From contig JACREX010000210.1 in NCBI GenBank assembly GCA_016212695.1, positions 912 through 64,911 on the forward strand: DNA of 64,000 nucleotides, in the 5' to 3' direction. Positions 62,360-64,000 of this stretch are shown here, one piece after another. The position numbers were made by a program, and so were the translations under genes. Below the pieces are notes generated by a model, which did no database searches, had not been told where the DNA came from, and saw only the letters and a program-made list of their open reading frames with translations. This DNA comes from Bacteroidia bacterium. Lineage in GTDB: Bacteria > Bacteroidota > Bacteroidia > Bacteroidales > GWF2-35-48. How positions within the stretch are numbered: position 1 is the first letter of the stretch; every line of letters begins with the position of its first letter.

Positions 62360-62970
62360 ATTTGAAAAAAAAGGAAAATATTATCTTAATTGGTGGCGGT
62401 GGACACTGCAAATCAGTGATTGACGTAATCGAATCAGCAGGTTTATTTCAGATTGCCGGTATTATTGATATAAAAGAGAATATCGGGAAGAAAGTATTAA
62501 ACTATGAAATTATCGGGACTGATGATGATTTGCCAACGCTAATAAAATCATATCAAAATTATCATATTGCTGTTGGTCATATAAAATCGAACAAAAACAG
62601 AATAGCCTTATATGATAAGGTTAAATTACTGAATGGGAATTTCCCGGTAATAATTTCGTTTACGGCTTATGTGTCAAAACATGCAGAGATAGGCGCGGGA
62701 ACTATTATCATGCATCATGCAATAGTTAATGCAGGCGCAAAAATCGGATGCAATACCATAATTAATACAAAAGCCATGGTTGAGCACGATGCTGTTATTG
62801 GGAATCATTGCCACATTTCTACTGGTGCAATAATAAACGGTGGAGTTGAAGTAGGCGATAATACTTTCTTTGGTAGCGGCGCCGTTAGCAAACAATATAT
62901 TAAAATTCCTGAAAATAGTTTTATCAAAGCAAATTCAGTTGTGAAAGTCGAATCACAAGATGAAAAATAA
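62356..62970 (+). CDS. NeuD/PglD family sugar N-/O-acetyltransferase
   Basis: N-terminal Rossmann-like IILIGGGGHCKSVIDVIE followed by hexapeptide repeats. 204 aa. Confidence 0.75.
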   Translation: MNLKKKENIILIGGGGHCKSVIDVIESAGLFQIAGIIDIKENIGKKVLNYEIIGTDDDLPTLIKSYQNYHIAVGHIKSNKNRIALYDKVKLLNGNFPVIISFTAYVSKHAEIGAGTIIMHHAIVNAGAKIGCNTIINTKAMVEHDAVIGNHCHISTGAIINGGVEVGDNTFFGSGAVSKQYIKIPENSFIKANSVVKVESQDEK

Positions 62971-63865
62971 TACTCTCATTGCTGGTGTAATTTTCCCCGG
63001 TGTTGAAAAATACCTTAATGATTATTTAGATTCATTAAATAATCAAACTGATAAAAAGTTTGATTTACTTATTGTCAACGACTTTGCAAAAATAGAAATT
63101 AAAAATAAATTTAGTAAAGCAATCTGGATAGATGTTAATCTGAAATTAACTCCAGCATCAATTCGTCAGTTAATTTATGATTATGCTGTTGAAAACAAGT
63201 ATAATTTTTTGGTTTTCTCAGATGTTGACGATTATTTTTCAAACAATAGAATTAAAATCACAAAAAAACAGTTACAAAAATATGATTTTGTTTGTAATGA
63301 ATTAACAATAGTTGATGATAACAAAAAGAATTTGAAAGAAAATTTCTTGTCAGATTTTTTCTCAAAAAAAAACGTTAATACGATTGATTTTTTACTAAAC
63401 AAAAATCTTGTAGGGCTTGGAAATTCTGCAATAAAACTAAATCAAAAAATAAAAATAGAAATACCTGAAAATATAATTGCAGTCGATTGGTTCATTTATA
63501 CTATTTTATTGCTAAATAATTGTAAAGGAATATTTACAGACGAGACAATCACATTTTACAGACAGTATAATGAGAATTTAGTCGGGATTTCAAAAAAAAT
63601 AAACGAAAAGAGTTTACAACAGGGACTAATTGTAAAATCATTGCATTATGATGGAATAACAGAGTATTGTAACAAAAATAATTTGCCTGAAGAAAACCTA
63701 TTTAATAAAAAATACATTGAAATAAAAGAATTGAAAACGGCATTGAAAGTAGATAACTACAGAAAAAAATATATTGATATTATCAATACAAACTTTGATA
63801 AAATATTTTGTGGCTGGTGGAGCGAAATTTTAACTTTAGAACAAATAAAACAATATGAAACCTGA
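62960..63865 (+). CDS. Hypothetical protein, possibly a GT-A-fold glycosyltransferase
   Basis: N-terminal IAGVIFPG...YLDSLNNQTDKKFDLLIVND and a later SDVDD acidic motif resemble GT2-like enzymes. The assignment is weak. Confidence 0.4.
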   Translation: MKNNTLIAGVIFPGVEKYLNDYLDSLNNQTDKKFDLLIVNDFAKIEIKNKFSKAIWIDVNLKLTPASIRQLIYDYAVENKYNFLVFSDVDDYFSNNRIKITKKQLQKYDFVCNELTIVDDNKKNLKENFLSDFFSKKNVNTIDFLLNKNLVGLGNSAIKLNQKIKIEIPENIIAVDWFIYTILLLNNCKGIFTDETITFYRQYNENLVGISKKINEKSLQQGLIVKSLHYDGITEYCNKNNLPEENLFNKKYIEIKELKTALKVDNYRKKYIDIINTNFDKIFCGWWSEILTLEQIKQYET

Positions 63866-64000
63866 TTTTTTTGATCAAATAAAAAACGCAAAATATCCAT
63901 ATATAATTGCAGAACTTGGTGCAAATCATAATGGCGATATGGATATTGCCAAAAGCCTTATAAGGGCTGCCAAAGAATGTGGCAGCGATTGTGTGAAGTT
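63855..64000 (+). CDS. NeuB-family nonulosonic acid synthase (sialic/legionaminic/pseudaminic), 5' part only
   Basis: MKPDFFDQIKNAKYPYIIAELGANHNGDMDIAKSLIRAAKECGSDCVK matches the IAE.G.NHNGD...A..LI..A...G.D.VK start of NeuB-type synthases. It runs off the window end. Confidence 0.7.
   Translation, partial: MKPDFFDQIKNAKYPYIIAELGANHNGDMDIAKSLIRAAKECGSDCVK

Overview
The window looks like a chromosomal segment from a Bacteroidota bacterium. Support: several T9SS C-terminal sorting domains, a UpxY-type NusG paralog, TAnnTTTG -7 boxes and AT-rich intergenic DNA. No rRNA, tRNA, CRISPR array, transposase or integrase was seen.

Layout, left to right:
- 1-16.5 kb: very large secreted T9SS cargo proteins (a C10 cysteine protease, a PKD/beta-propeller protein, a 2050-aa Ig-repeat adhesin) and a TMTC-like GT-C glycosyltransferase.
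- 16.5-26 kb: a LipL32 homolog, rfbD, a phosphohexomutase and a 2006-aa multi-PAS hybrid sensor kinase.
- 26.4-31.7 kb: a five-gene Hdr-like redox cluster (HdrC, HdrB, short HdrA, ferredoxin, fused membrane DsrMK/HdrD-like protein).
- 31.8-35.8 kb: a decaying type I restriction-modification locus whose hsdR carries an in-frame GIY-YIG nuclease domain.
- 35.9-47.4 kb: kup, class II RNR nrdJ, prfB with its +1 frameshift site, glpK and a BNR/PKD/CUB T9SS protein.
- 47.4-64 kb: an ABC-transporter-dependent glycan locus. It holds a UpxY-like antiterminator, wzm and wzt, a 3-acetamido-sugar branch, HisH/HisF paralogs, an O-acetylation module and nonulosonic-acid genes. It is visibly mosaic.

Most unusual observations:
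- An exact 33-nt palindromic element inserted in frame three times in one gene.
- A 13 x 21-bp tandem array encoding an NxT/S heptad.
- The GIY-YIG insertion inside the HsdR motor.
- An AlbA_2/Schlafen-like gene bracketed by direct repeats of an aminotransferase gene 3' end.

All calls come from reading the sequence and ORF translations by eye. No database search was run. Coordinates of non-ORF features may be off by 1-2 nt.
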